Below, in pieces: positions 41,601 through 49,077 of a stretch of DNA of 64,000 bases; position 1 is the first letter of the stretch, and every line of letters starts with the position of its first letter. The position numbers and the translations under genes were made by a program. The notes under the pieces were generated by a model that ran no database searches, was not told where the DNA came from, and worked only from the letters and a program-made list of their open reading frames with translations. The DNA comes from an uncultured Planctomycetota bacterium (GTDB taxonomy: Bacteria; Planctomycetota; Planctomycetia; Isosphaerales; Isosphaeraceae), in assembly GCA_963737655.1 (NCBI GenBank), contig CAVTTN010000002.1:3104001-3168000 (forward strand), written 5' to 3'.

Positions 41601-41714
41601 AAGCCACATCCAGGCGGACCCCGGATGCGCCGGACCCACGCCGGGCCGGGCGATCCATCCTCGACGATCGGCATTCGCGGGGAAGGCGGACCGGGACATA
41701 AACGCTCGATTCAT
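38697..41714 (-). CDS. Membrane-embedded sigma54-dependent activator (PDZ-like + multi-TM + GAF + AAA+ + Fis HTH)
   Basis: GESGTGKE, ESELFGHVKGAFTDA, LFLDEIG, FREDLYYRLNV, WPGNIRELEN, C-terminal HTH; about 8-9 hydrophobic helices in N-terminal half. Confidence 0.9.
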   Translation of the reverse strand: MNRAFMSRSAFPANADRRGWIARPGVGPAHPGSAWMWLPSLFVIFYSVSVLGLVAYNGDLGIRCVFGRKVKEVAPYSWRVQPSAGDSTGRGAWSPGPPGVGDSIESIAGQPVRNYADYVRALRVVRDRIGQAVEVVWTSADDSELRRGEVVVRRPPAGAFVWSVLWFLQEMVIFAVGWRVLARRPRDASARIFFWNCVVTVGAFMGGYHWSQIVVFLPLIYLFAAFAVFVPIVSLHFYLVFPRPNPLLVAHRRVLLRLLYGVPIGALLAMWGCMAWSRMMSEGPWVEFALDLLRRLALGYVGFAFVLFVACFLCLIYSYRTSPTPAERNQVRWILLATLLSFLPISWLLWDAMIDPARLGMTRSAWPMFLVSVFYTIAYALSITRYKLTQAEALLNRGVVYVAVSVMAGLLYSGVLVVGALIIGERLLDKQASMGAVVAWITAIVVLILSGAARQRFQTAIDRRFHREKYKFDQAMRKMSAAVDRLVDRETLGRRLLEAAGDVLRVEWGAIYLAEAEGGRLFLAASSGPEPEETILEEGNPLVEHLRGAAEGSSRGTGSIGPTSGPAADALIALGGEIATPLIADGVPPGLLVLGPKRSGMPYEDEEIAFLAALGSVATLALRSAEIQATLELLNHELRDKVEKIAEQQRRILILQDQLTSPIGGTLPGSGEMALATAPPAVFGPIKGSSRAVRRMLEVARKVAASPSAVLIRGESGTGKELLAEAIHAASPRVGRPFVKVHCAALSQGLLESELFGHVKGAFTDAHRDRIGRFQQADGGTLFLDEIGDINLEVQTKLLRVLQEMAFEKVGSSQSITVDVRIVAATHQDLEGLIREGKFREDLYYRLNVISIRTPALRERREDIFELAVHFLIQHARRVGKPVTHLDDSAIEALIAHDWPGNIRELENVIERAVVLADGPALTRDDLPGEIRRPARRRTRTPALVTVPGGRDLDDGPMDRESEADERQMLVEALAEAGGIKSEAARLLKMPRSTFFSKLKKHGLA

Positions 41715-42145
41715 GAGTCGTGTGACCGAAACGAGGCCGGCGGCTGATGTCCCTCAACCTAGCGGATTCGGGGAGCGAAAGGAAGTATTTCGTTAACGAA
41801 ACCTTCGGCGCCGACCTTGGTGGCCCGTTTCGGCGCTTGTTGAAAGCAGCGAGGGTGGGTAATTTAGGGAAGAATGAGTGAAGAATCGATTTGCAACTTT
41901 CCTTCGCCTTTCTAGAGTGGCCAAACCCAGGACTCCTGGCCAGAACCACCCAGACCCAGGAAAATGTAGGGTTTGCACAGTTGGGGAGTGCGAGATCCCT
42001 GGTCCCCAGTCTGCGGGGCCACTCCGCCTTGCCCAGATCTCCAGGAGAGTAAAGTTAAGGCGCCGAAAAATGAGGTGTTTCGGCGCCGAAAACTCGACAA
42101 CCGAGAGGGTTTGACATACGGTCCCCATCCATTTTTTCGTGAGGT

Positions 42146-43071
42146 ATGCCGGATGCTTTGATGGAATCCCGACACCTCGGATCGAGACACCTGGGCCCAG
42201 GCTGGGACGGACTCATGCGGCTTGCGAAGAAGCATCGGAACGCGGGCAATGGTTGGAGCGAGTGGAGCCGGCTGGGCGGAGGCCCGGGCGATGGTTTCGA
42301 CGGCCCGGACGTGGTCCGCACCGGCCGAGGTGCCCCTCTGGTCCTCCTGCCAGGTTTGGCGGGTGGCACCCGTTTGCTGGCGCCCCTGATTACGTCCCTG
42401 GCGAGCCATTTCGAGGTCTTCGCGCTGGGGCTGCGAGGCGACCGAGGCGTCTGCCTGGGTCGCGACGGTCAGGGCGCGGCGGATCATGCTCGCGAGGTCG
42501 CCGACCGCCTCCAGACGCTCGGCCTGGAGAGGCCGACGGTCCTGGGCGTCTCGTTCGGCGGCGCCGTGGCCCTGGAGCTGGCCGTCCGGCGCCTCACGCG
42601 GTGGGCTCGCTGATCCTGAGCGGGGTCGAGGGGCGATTCCGGTCGAACCTGGGGACGGCGATCGCCGTCAGCGCGTTGCAGAGGTTCCCCCTGCCTCGCG
42701 AGAACGGGTTTTTGAATCAATTCTTCAACCTTCTGCACGGCAAGGCACCCGAGCCGGGCCCTCTGGCCGATTTCATCGTCCGGACCTGCTGGGAGACCGA
42801 TCAGGGCGTGGTGGCCAACCGGCTCCGGGGATTGGAGCGGTTTGACGTGACCGATCGGCTCTGGCGGATCGAGGCCCCGACGCGCATCCTCGCGGGAAGT
42901 CGGGACGTGGTCGTCCCGCCCGCCCGTCAGGAGGCGCTGGCCCGGTCGATCGCCGGGGCGACCGCAGCCCGGATCGAAGGGGCCGGTCACGTCGGCTTCC
43001 TGACCCATCGCGAGGAGTTCGTCCGTTCGATCCGCCGGTTCCTCCGGGCCGAGGTGCGGTCTCTCTGCTGA
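42146..43071 (+). CDS. Alpha/beta fold hydrolase (frameshift near 42590)
   Basis: LLPGLAGG, GVSFGG, GSRDVVVP, GAGHVGF split across two frames. Confidence 0.8.
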
Positions 43072-43089
43072 GGACGAGGCGACGGCCGG

Positions 43090-44295
43090 TCATTTTGCCG
43101 GCTTTTCCTCGGCCTTCGGCGCCTCGCGGATCGCGCGGACCTGGGCCTCGACCTTCTCGGCCTGGTCCTCGCGGTCGGTCTGCCGGAGGAGCAACGCCCA
43201 ATGCTCCATCACGGCCGCGAGTTCGCCGCTCCTGGCTCCATGAGCCTTCTCGGCCAGGGTCATGGCCCGTCGGTAATACGGCTCGGCGACCTCGAAGCGA
43301 AGCTGGACGTAGGCGAGGTCTCCGAGGGTCGTCAGCGTGGGAACCAGGGCCGAAGAATCCTTGCCCCGGGCGGTCTCCTCCAGGGCGATTACCCGTTTAT
43401 AAAGGGGTTCGGCCTCCTGGTACTTGTCGGTCATATAAAGCACATTGGCCAGGCCGGAGAGGGCGTCGCAGAGTTCGACGTTCTGGGTCCCCGGGACTTT
43501 TTCCTGGATCGCCAGGGCCTTGCGGAACAGGGGTTCGGCGTCCGCGTAGCGATCCTTCTTGTAGTAGAGCGAGGCCAGACCCTGGAGGATTCGGGCGCAA
43601 TCGGGATGATCGGCGCCGAGGGCGGTTTCCTGGGCCTTGATCGCCTTCTTATACAGGGCCTCGGCCTCCTCGGTCCGATCGCGAAGGGCGGCGACGTTCG
43701 CCAGGCCGGCGAGGGTATGGGCCATCATCACGGAATTCTCGGGCTCGTTGGCCCGGCGGAGGGCGGCTTCGGCTTTCTGGTAGTGGGCCTCCGCCTGGTC
43801 GAGCCGGCCGGTCATGTAGAGCAGGTCGGCGAGGCCCACGAGCGAGGAGGCGGCCTCGCCGACGTTCTCGCCGCCCTCGGCCGATTCGAGGATCTTCAAG
43901 GCCCGCAGGTACTTCGGTTCGGCGTCCTTGTACTCGCCCCGGACGTAGGCGATGTGCGCCAGGCCGTTCAGGCAGCGGGCGGCGTCGGCCGAATCCTTCG
44001 CGCCGGCTTCCTCGAAGACGCCCAGGGCGCGGGTTTCGGTCTTCTCGGCCCCGGCCAGATCGTTCTTCATGTACTGGGCGCTGGCCAGCCCGTGGAGGCA
44101 CGTCGCCAGGATCTTGCTCCGGGGTCCCAGGCGCTCGGCCAGGGCCACGGCCTGCGCGAAATTCGCCTCGGACAGGGTGTAATTCCCCTCGGCGAACGCC
44201 TTCCAGCCCGCATCGTAGGCCGCTCGATAGGGGTCGTCCCGGAGCGGGCCGATCAGGGAAAGCACGACCGAGGCCAGGACCACACACGCATTCAT
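43090..44295 (-). CDS. Secreted tetratricopeptide repeat protein
   Basis: Signal peptide; about 8 repeats of L.GLA.L.Y....Y.EAEPLY..AL.I.E. Confidence 0.9.
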   Translation of the reverse strand: MNACVVLASVVLSLIGPLRDDPYRAAYDAGWKAFAEGNYTLSEANFAQAVALAERLGPRSKILATCLHGLASAQYMKNDLAGAEKTETRALGVFEEAGAKDSADAARCLNGLAHIAYVRGEYKDAEPKYLRALKILESAEGGENVGEAASSLVGLADLLYMTGRLDQAEAHYQKAEAALRRANEPENSVMMAHTLAGLANVAALRDRTEEAEALYKKAIKAQETALGADHPDCARILQGLASLYYKKDRYADAEPLFRKALAIQEKVPGTQNVELCDALSGLANVLYMTDKYQEAEPLYKRVIALEETARGKDSSALVPTLTTLGDLAYVQLRFEVAEPYYRRAMTLAEKAHGARSGELAAVMEHWALLLRQTDREDQAEKVEAQVRAIREAPKAEEKPAK

Positions 44296-44640
44296 GGCAT
44301 TTCCCCCGCCGCGCCGGCCGACGATCGGCGGCGGGCCCTCTCAGTTTCCGCGACGAGCCTTGCCCTCGGCAACTCCTTTCCCTGAGTCCTGAATCCCATC
44401 GGGCCGTTCCTGTCGGAAGGAATCCCCGGGCGATTCACCACAAGGGGACCAGGATGACGGGCGAGGACGGGGAGGAAGACGCTTCTTCGCGAGACGTATA
44501 GCGTCCTTCGTGGGCCTCATGCTCCAACCCGCCCGGACCGGCACGGAATCCACGACGAATCGGCTCCTGGATGGCTCGGGCAGCCGTTTTCGGCGACGAT
44601 CGGCGGGCCATCGTGAATCTGGAATCGTGGAGACCGAGCC

Positions 44641-45276
44641 ATGAACGGGATGGGACGGGAGCCGCTCCTGTCGCTTCGCCTGGAATCTGCCCTGCGCCGG
44701 GCGGCCTCCTGGCACGCCGCCGAAGTTCGCAAAGGGTCTCAAGTCCCTTATTTCGCCCATCCGGTCGCCGTTGCGATGATCCTCGATCGCCTGGGGTTCG
44801 ACGAGGACGTGGTGATTGCCGGGCTGCTCCACGACGTGGTGGAAGACACTGACGCGACCCCCGAGGACGTCCTCCGCGAGTTCGGCCCCCGGGTCTCGCG
44901 ACTGGTGGCCGATCTTTCCGAGCGAAAAGTGGACGATCTAGGCGCGAAACGGCCGTGGATCGACCGGAAGACCGAGCATATCGACCATCTGGCCGGCGCC
45001 TCGGTCGAATCGCGGGCGATCGCCCTGGCGGACAAGCTCCACAACCTCACGAGCATCGAGTTCGACCTGGCCGAGGGGAGGCCGGTCTGGTCGCTGTTCA
45101 ACGCCAGCCGGGAGAGCGTCCTCTGGTACTATCGGACCAGCATCGAGCGTTATTCGTTCGAGACGCCGGAACTCGCCGAGCTGGCCGGGGCGTGCCGGGC
45201 GGTCCTGGATCGCGTGACGAGGGACACGGCGGCACCGGCCGGAAAAATCGTTTCGGAGGGGGTTCCGGCCCGTTGA
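44641..45276 (+). CDS. HD-domain protein, Mesh1-like small alarmone hydrolase family
   Basis: H...RKG..PY..HP, AGLLHDVVEDT, LADKLHNL. Confidence 0.8.
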   Translation: MNGMGREPLLSLRLESALRRAASWHAAEVRKGSQVPYFAHPVAVAMILDRLGFDEDVVIAGLLHDVVEDTDATPEDVLREFGPRVSRLVADLSERKVDDLGAKRPWIDRKTEHIDHLAGASVESRAIALADKLHNLTSIEFDLAEGRPVWSLFNASRESVLWYYRTSIERYSFETPELAELAGACRAVLDRVTRDTAAPAGKIVSEGVPAR

Positions 45277-45593
45277 TCCCCCGGACGAAATGCGTATAGT
45301 GTCTCTGTCGGCTGGGATTCACCCCCCAGCCGGCTCGGGTCGCGCAGAACGTAGCGCGACGGACTAAAGCCCGCTCCTGCTCGAGGCTGGACTCCCGCCG
45401 GACCGGGGAGGCCCGTTTTGCAAAGGGGGTGATCGCGTGTGTAGTGACAACCAGAGGCGGCTCGCCTAACGGCAGCCGACGGGTTGCCCGTCGGGCAGCC
45501 GCATCTTTTCGGCTTGTGAGATCGATCCGGCCGGGCCCGATGTTCTCGGGCCCGGTCGGGTCCCCAAGACCCTCGGGGACGGACGGAGAGACC

Positions 45594-45707
45594 ATGACCC
45601 CTCGGCCGGAAACCACGATCGCGGAGGCGTCCCTCGCCGCAGGCGGGTGGTATTGGCTGTTTACGGGGTCGGATTCCTCGGGTCCTGGGGCCGGATCGAG
45701 CGTCTAA
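45594..45707 (+). CDS. Putative aromatic-amino-acid attenuation leader peptide (37 aa)
   Basis: GGAGAG RBS + ATG; MTPRPETTIAEASLAAGGWYWLFTGSDSSGPGAGSSV; all aromatic residues clustered at 45648-45662. Confidence 0.8.
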   Translation: MTPRPETTIAEASLAAGGWYWLFTGSDSSGPGAGSSV

Positions 45708-45753
45708 TCGCCACGCTCTCCGAAAGCGAATCACCGAAGCCCCGGGACCCGAG
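45677..45753 (+). promoter_or_regulatory. Antiterminator helix of the attenuator
   Basis: CTCGGGTCCTGGGGC (45677-45691) pairs with GCCCCGGGACCCGAG (45739-45753): 15 bp with one G-U, sequestering the terminator 5' arm. Confidence 0.8.
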
Positions 45754-45772
45754 CGGTCCCGGGGCTTTTTTT
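45737..45772 (+). terminator. Intrinsic terminator (attenuator) upstream of DAHP synthase
   Basis: AAGCCCCGGGACC-CGAGC-GGTCCCGGGGCTT, with the T run extending to T7. Confidence 0.88.
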
Positions 45773-45883
45773 GTCGGTCGAGGCGAGGTCCGGGGGTCGG
45801 GCCTCGGCGGTTTCGCAGGTTCGGCGGGGGTCGCGGCGGGCCTCCTGAGGCTCGCCGACCCTCGCCCGGGAGGACGGGGCACC

Positions 45884-46896
45884 GTGATCGTCGTGATGAA
45901 GCCGGAGGCGACGGCCGACCAGATTGACGGGGTGGCCGCGCACATCACGGCCCTCGGGATGACGCCCCAGGTCATCCGAGGGACCGAAACCACCGTGATC
46001 GCCGCCATCGGCGAGGAGCGCGAGGGGCTGGCCGAGGCGTTGGAGCCGGGCGCGGGGGTCGAAAAGGTCCTGCCGATCCGCGCCCCTACAAGAGGGCGTC
46101 CTCGGAGCTCAAGGCCGAGAGGACCGTGGTCCGCGCCGGCAGCCTGGAGATCGGCGGGAAGAAGATCGGCGTGATCGCCGGCCCCTGCTCGGTCGAGAGC
46201 GAGGCCCAGATCGTCGCCCTCGCCCGGACGCTCAAGGCCAGGGGGGCCACGGGTTTGCGAGGAGGCGCGTTCAAGCCCCGGACCAGCCCCTATAGCTTCC
46301 AGGGCCACAAGGAAGACGGCCTCAAGATGCTGGCCGCCGCCCGCGAGGCCACGGGCCTGGCGATCGTCACTGAGGTCATGGCCCCGGAACACGTCCCGAT
46401 GGTCGCCCGATACGCCGACGTCCTCCAGATCGGCGCCCGCAACATGCAGAACTATCAACTCTTGCAGGCCGTCGGCGACAGCGGCAAGCCGGCCCTCCTG
46501 AAGCGGGGGATGAGCGCCACCGTTGATGAGTTCCTGCTCGCCGCGGAGTACATTCTCGATCGAAACAACCCGAACGTGATGCTTTGCGAGCGAGGCATCC
46601 GCACGTTCGAGGACCACACCCGGTTCACCCTGCCCCTGTCGGTCGTGCCCTACCTGCACGACAAGAGCCACTTGCCTGTGGTGGTCGATCCCTCGCACGG
46701 GACGGGCAAGGCGAAGCTCGTGGCGCCGATGGCGAAGGCGGCGGTGGCGTGCGGGGCGGACGGATTGATCATCGAGGTCCACGACGACCCCGCCCACGCC
46801 ATGAGCGACGGCTCCCAGACCATCACCCCGGCCGCCTTCGCCGCGCTGATGGCCGAGTGCCGACGGGTGGCCGAGGCGGTGGATCGGAGCCTCTAG
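45884..46896 (+). CDS. aroF: DAHP synthase type I-beta with N-terminal regulatory domain (frameshift near 46085)
   Basis: MIVVMK N-terminus, [54 protein letters not shown]. Confidence 0.93.
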
Positions 46897-46906
46897 AATC
46901 CGAGAG

Positions 46907-46951
46907 AGATGGGGGACGGCCCCTCGTTCCCGAGGCGCCCGTCCCCCATCT
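46907..46951. terminator. Hairpin between convergent aroF and peptidase genes
   Basis: AGATGGGGGACGG ... CCGTCCCCCATCT, 13-bp perfect stem. Confidence 0.55.
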
Positions 46952-46964
46952 TGCCCGCTTTACT

Positions 46965-48713
46965 TCACTTGATGGGCTTGCGAGGCAGCTTCTCGTCGGC
47001 CATCGCCGTGTTGTAGAGGAACCCGGCGATCACCACGGAGGCTTGCTTGAGGTCATCGGGCACGAGCCGTTCGTAAACGTCCATGTTCGAGTGGTGTGTC
47101 CGGGTGTCGTATTCCAGGGGGTCCTGGATGAACTGGAAGCCGGGCAGGCCGATGGCGTCGAACGACATGTGATCGGTGCCGCCGGTCCGGCTGCCGGTGA
47201 TGGTGGTCGCGCCGAGCTCGCGGAACGGGGTCAGCCACTTCTTGAAGATGGGGCGGACGGCCTCGTTCCCCTCGATGTAGACGCCCCGGACCTTGCCCGA
47301 GCCGTTATCCAGGTTGAAGTAGGCCGACAGCTTTTCGTACTCGGGGGTGGTCTTCAGGCTGGCCTGGGGGGCCGGGCCGCCGAACATGGTGGCGTAGAGG
47401 GCGACGGCCGAGGCGGTGGATCCTTCCTCGAAGCTGCCGAAGTGCTCCTTGACGTAAGCCCTGGAGCCGTAAAGCCCTTGCTCCTCGCCGCTCCACAAGG
47501 CGATGCGGATCGTCCGCCTCGGGTTGAGCTGGAGCTTCTGGAGGATGCGGACGGCCTCCATCGCGCAGGACACCCCGGCGGCGTTGTCCGTGGCGCCGGT
47601 GCCGCCGTGCCAGGAGTCCATGTGGCCGCCGACCATCACGATCTCGTCCTTGAGGTCGGTGCCGGGGATCTCGGCGACCGTGTTGTAGCCCATCAGGTCG
47701 TCGTCATGGAACTGGACGGCCAGGTCCACGGCCATCTTGAGGTGCTCCCCCTGGCGGATCATCCTCACGAGACGGTTGTAGTGCTCGACGGCCAAAACCA
47801 TCTGGGGCAAGGACTTCGGCGCCGATTTGTCCCACGCGGTCAGCCTCTGGCCGGGCGCCATCGAGGGGAGCCGGGTGACCCGGGCCGAGTCCACGAACAG
47901 GGTGCCGCCGTCCCCCTGGCCGCTCGGCTCGGCGAGGATCGCGGCGCCCTCATCGACGAGGAACTGGGCCCTCTTCAGCGCGAAGCTCGGGCCGTCGCCG
48001 CCGGCTCCTCCGCCGCCACCGCCGCCCCGGCCTCCGGTGCCTCCGACGGACAGCCTCCGCCGGCCCTGGGCTTCGGGGGTCTGGGCGTCGGCCAGCTCCA
48101 GCATCTCGGTATCGGTCAGGCGGGTGCCCGGGGCCTTGAAGTGGGGCGAGACGGCCCGGGGTCCCGCCTGCAAGATGATGGCGCCTTTGAGTTTACCGCG
48201 ATACTTCTCCAGGTCTTTCTCGTTCGTCGCCTCGAACAGGACGACGTCGCCGAGGATGGGCGCCTCCAGCCCCTGGGTCCACGCCCGAGGCACGGCGATG
48301 ATCGGGATGCATTGCGGCTCCACGACCTGGGCGCTGAACCTCTTGAGCGACCAGCCCCGGCCGAACGGTCCCCACGCTTCGAGATGGGCATCCTTGAGGC
48401 CCCATTCCGAGAGCTTGTCGCGCGTCCAGTTATTGGCCCGTTTCATGTTGGGCGAGGCGGTCAGGCGGGGGCCGATGGCGTTGGTCAGGTAATCCAGGGT
48501 CGTCATGACCTGGGAATTCTTCGTCCCTTCGTCCTTGATCTTCTCGATGGCGATCGTCGTGAACCGAGGAGCGGCCTCGGCGGCCTTCTTCGCGGCCTGG
48601 GTGGCCGATTCCTGAGACGGAGGGGTGGCCGGCGGGGCCTGGGGATACGCGACGGTCGCCGTCGCCAGGATCAGGGCGAGGCCCAGGGAGAGGGCCGGAA
48701 GGCGGAGGGGCAT
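46965..48713 (-). CDS. Secreted M28 family metallopeptidase (carboxypeptidase Q-like)
   Basis: IGPRLTAS, GGHMDSW, GATDNAAG, WSGEEQGL, NLDNG, GTDH, HHSNMD. Confidence 0.9.
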   Translation of the reverse strand: MPLRLPALSLGLALILATATVAYPQAPPATPPSQESATQAAKKAAEAAPRFTTIAIEKIKDEGTKNSQVMTTLDYLTNAIGPRLTASPNMKRANNWTRDKLSEWGLKDAHLEAWGPFGRGWSLKRFSAQVVEPQCIPIIAVPRAWTQGLEAPILGDVVLFEATNEKDLEKYRGKLKGAIILQAGPRAVSPHFKAPGTRLTDTEMLELADAQTPEAQGRRRLSVGGTGGRGGGGGGGAGGDGPSFALKRAQFLVDEGAAILAEPSGQGDGGTLFVDSARVTRLPSMAPGQRLTAWDKSAPKSLPQMVLAVEHYNRLVRMIRQGEHLKMAVDLAVQFHDDDLMGYNTVAEIPGTDLKDEIVMVGGHMDSWHGGTGATDNAAGVSCAMEAVRILQKLQLNPRRTIRIALWSGEEQGLYGSRAYVKEHFGSFEEGSTASAVALYATMFGGPAPQASLKTTPEYEKLSAYFNLDNGSGKVRGVYIEGNEAVRPIFKKWLTPFRELGATTITGSRTGGTDHMSFDAIGLPGFQFIQDPLEYDTRTHHSNMDVYERLVPDDLKQASVVIAGFLYNTAMADEKLPRKPIK

Positions 48714-48878
48714 CGGGACGGGCCTCCGAGAAGGAGGGATCGGGAGATGTCACGGCGGGAGAGGCGACGGACCAGCATACCCGGACCGCCCGCGGAGGCA
48801 ACGGGGCAGATCGGAGCGGAGTCGCCAAGGTGTTGGGCTCCGAATTCGGGAAACGTGATTCCGGGGTCGCGTCGTCCT

Positions 48879-48998
48879 GGGTGCCCCCGGTTCTTGAACC
48901 GGGGTCGCGCAGCGACGAGAGGCCGTGGTTTTCCGGCGCTGTCCGGACAACGGGCCTCCTGCGGCTGCGCCGCCCCGGTTCGAGAACCGGGGGCACCC
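48879..48998. repeat. 120-bp imperfect palindrome (REPIN-like doublet, GGGTG-headed)
   Basis: GGGTGCCCCCGGTTCTTGAACCGGGG ... CCCCGGTTCGAGAACCGGGGGCACCC; each end is itself a hairpin. Confidence 0.7.
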
Positions 48999-49077
48999 GG
49001 ATCGATGCCATCACCCGACCAGCCGAGTCGGCCGGATGGGGAGTTTCAACTCGAACCGTGTGCGAGCTGGGACCGCC

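Noticed and set aside
42000..42015. Sigma54 promoter TGGTCCCCAGTCTGC for the hydrolase gene
   Set aside because: GG-N10-GC spacing fits, but the match to TGGCAC/TTGC is too weak to call
45452..45510. tRNA or known riboswitch in the structured spacer
   Set aside because: No T-loop (GTTCRA), cloverleaf or riboswitch consensus that I can recognise
10965..46896. trmB, aroF, MBOAT and other split genes as pseudogenes
   Set aside because: Both halves keep intact motifs with no further decay; sequencing error is simpler
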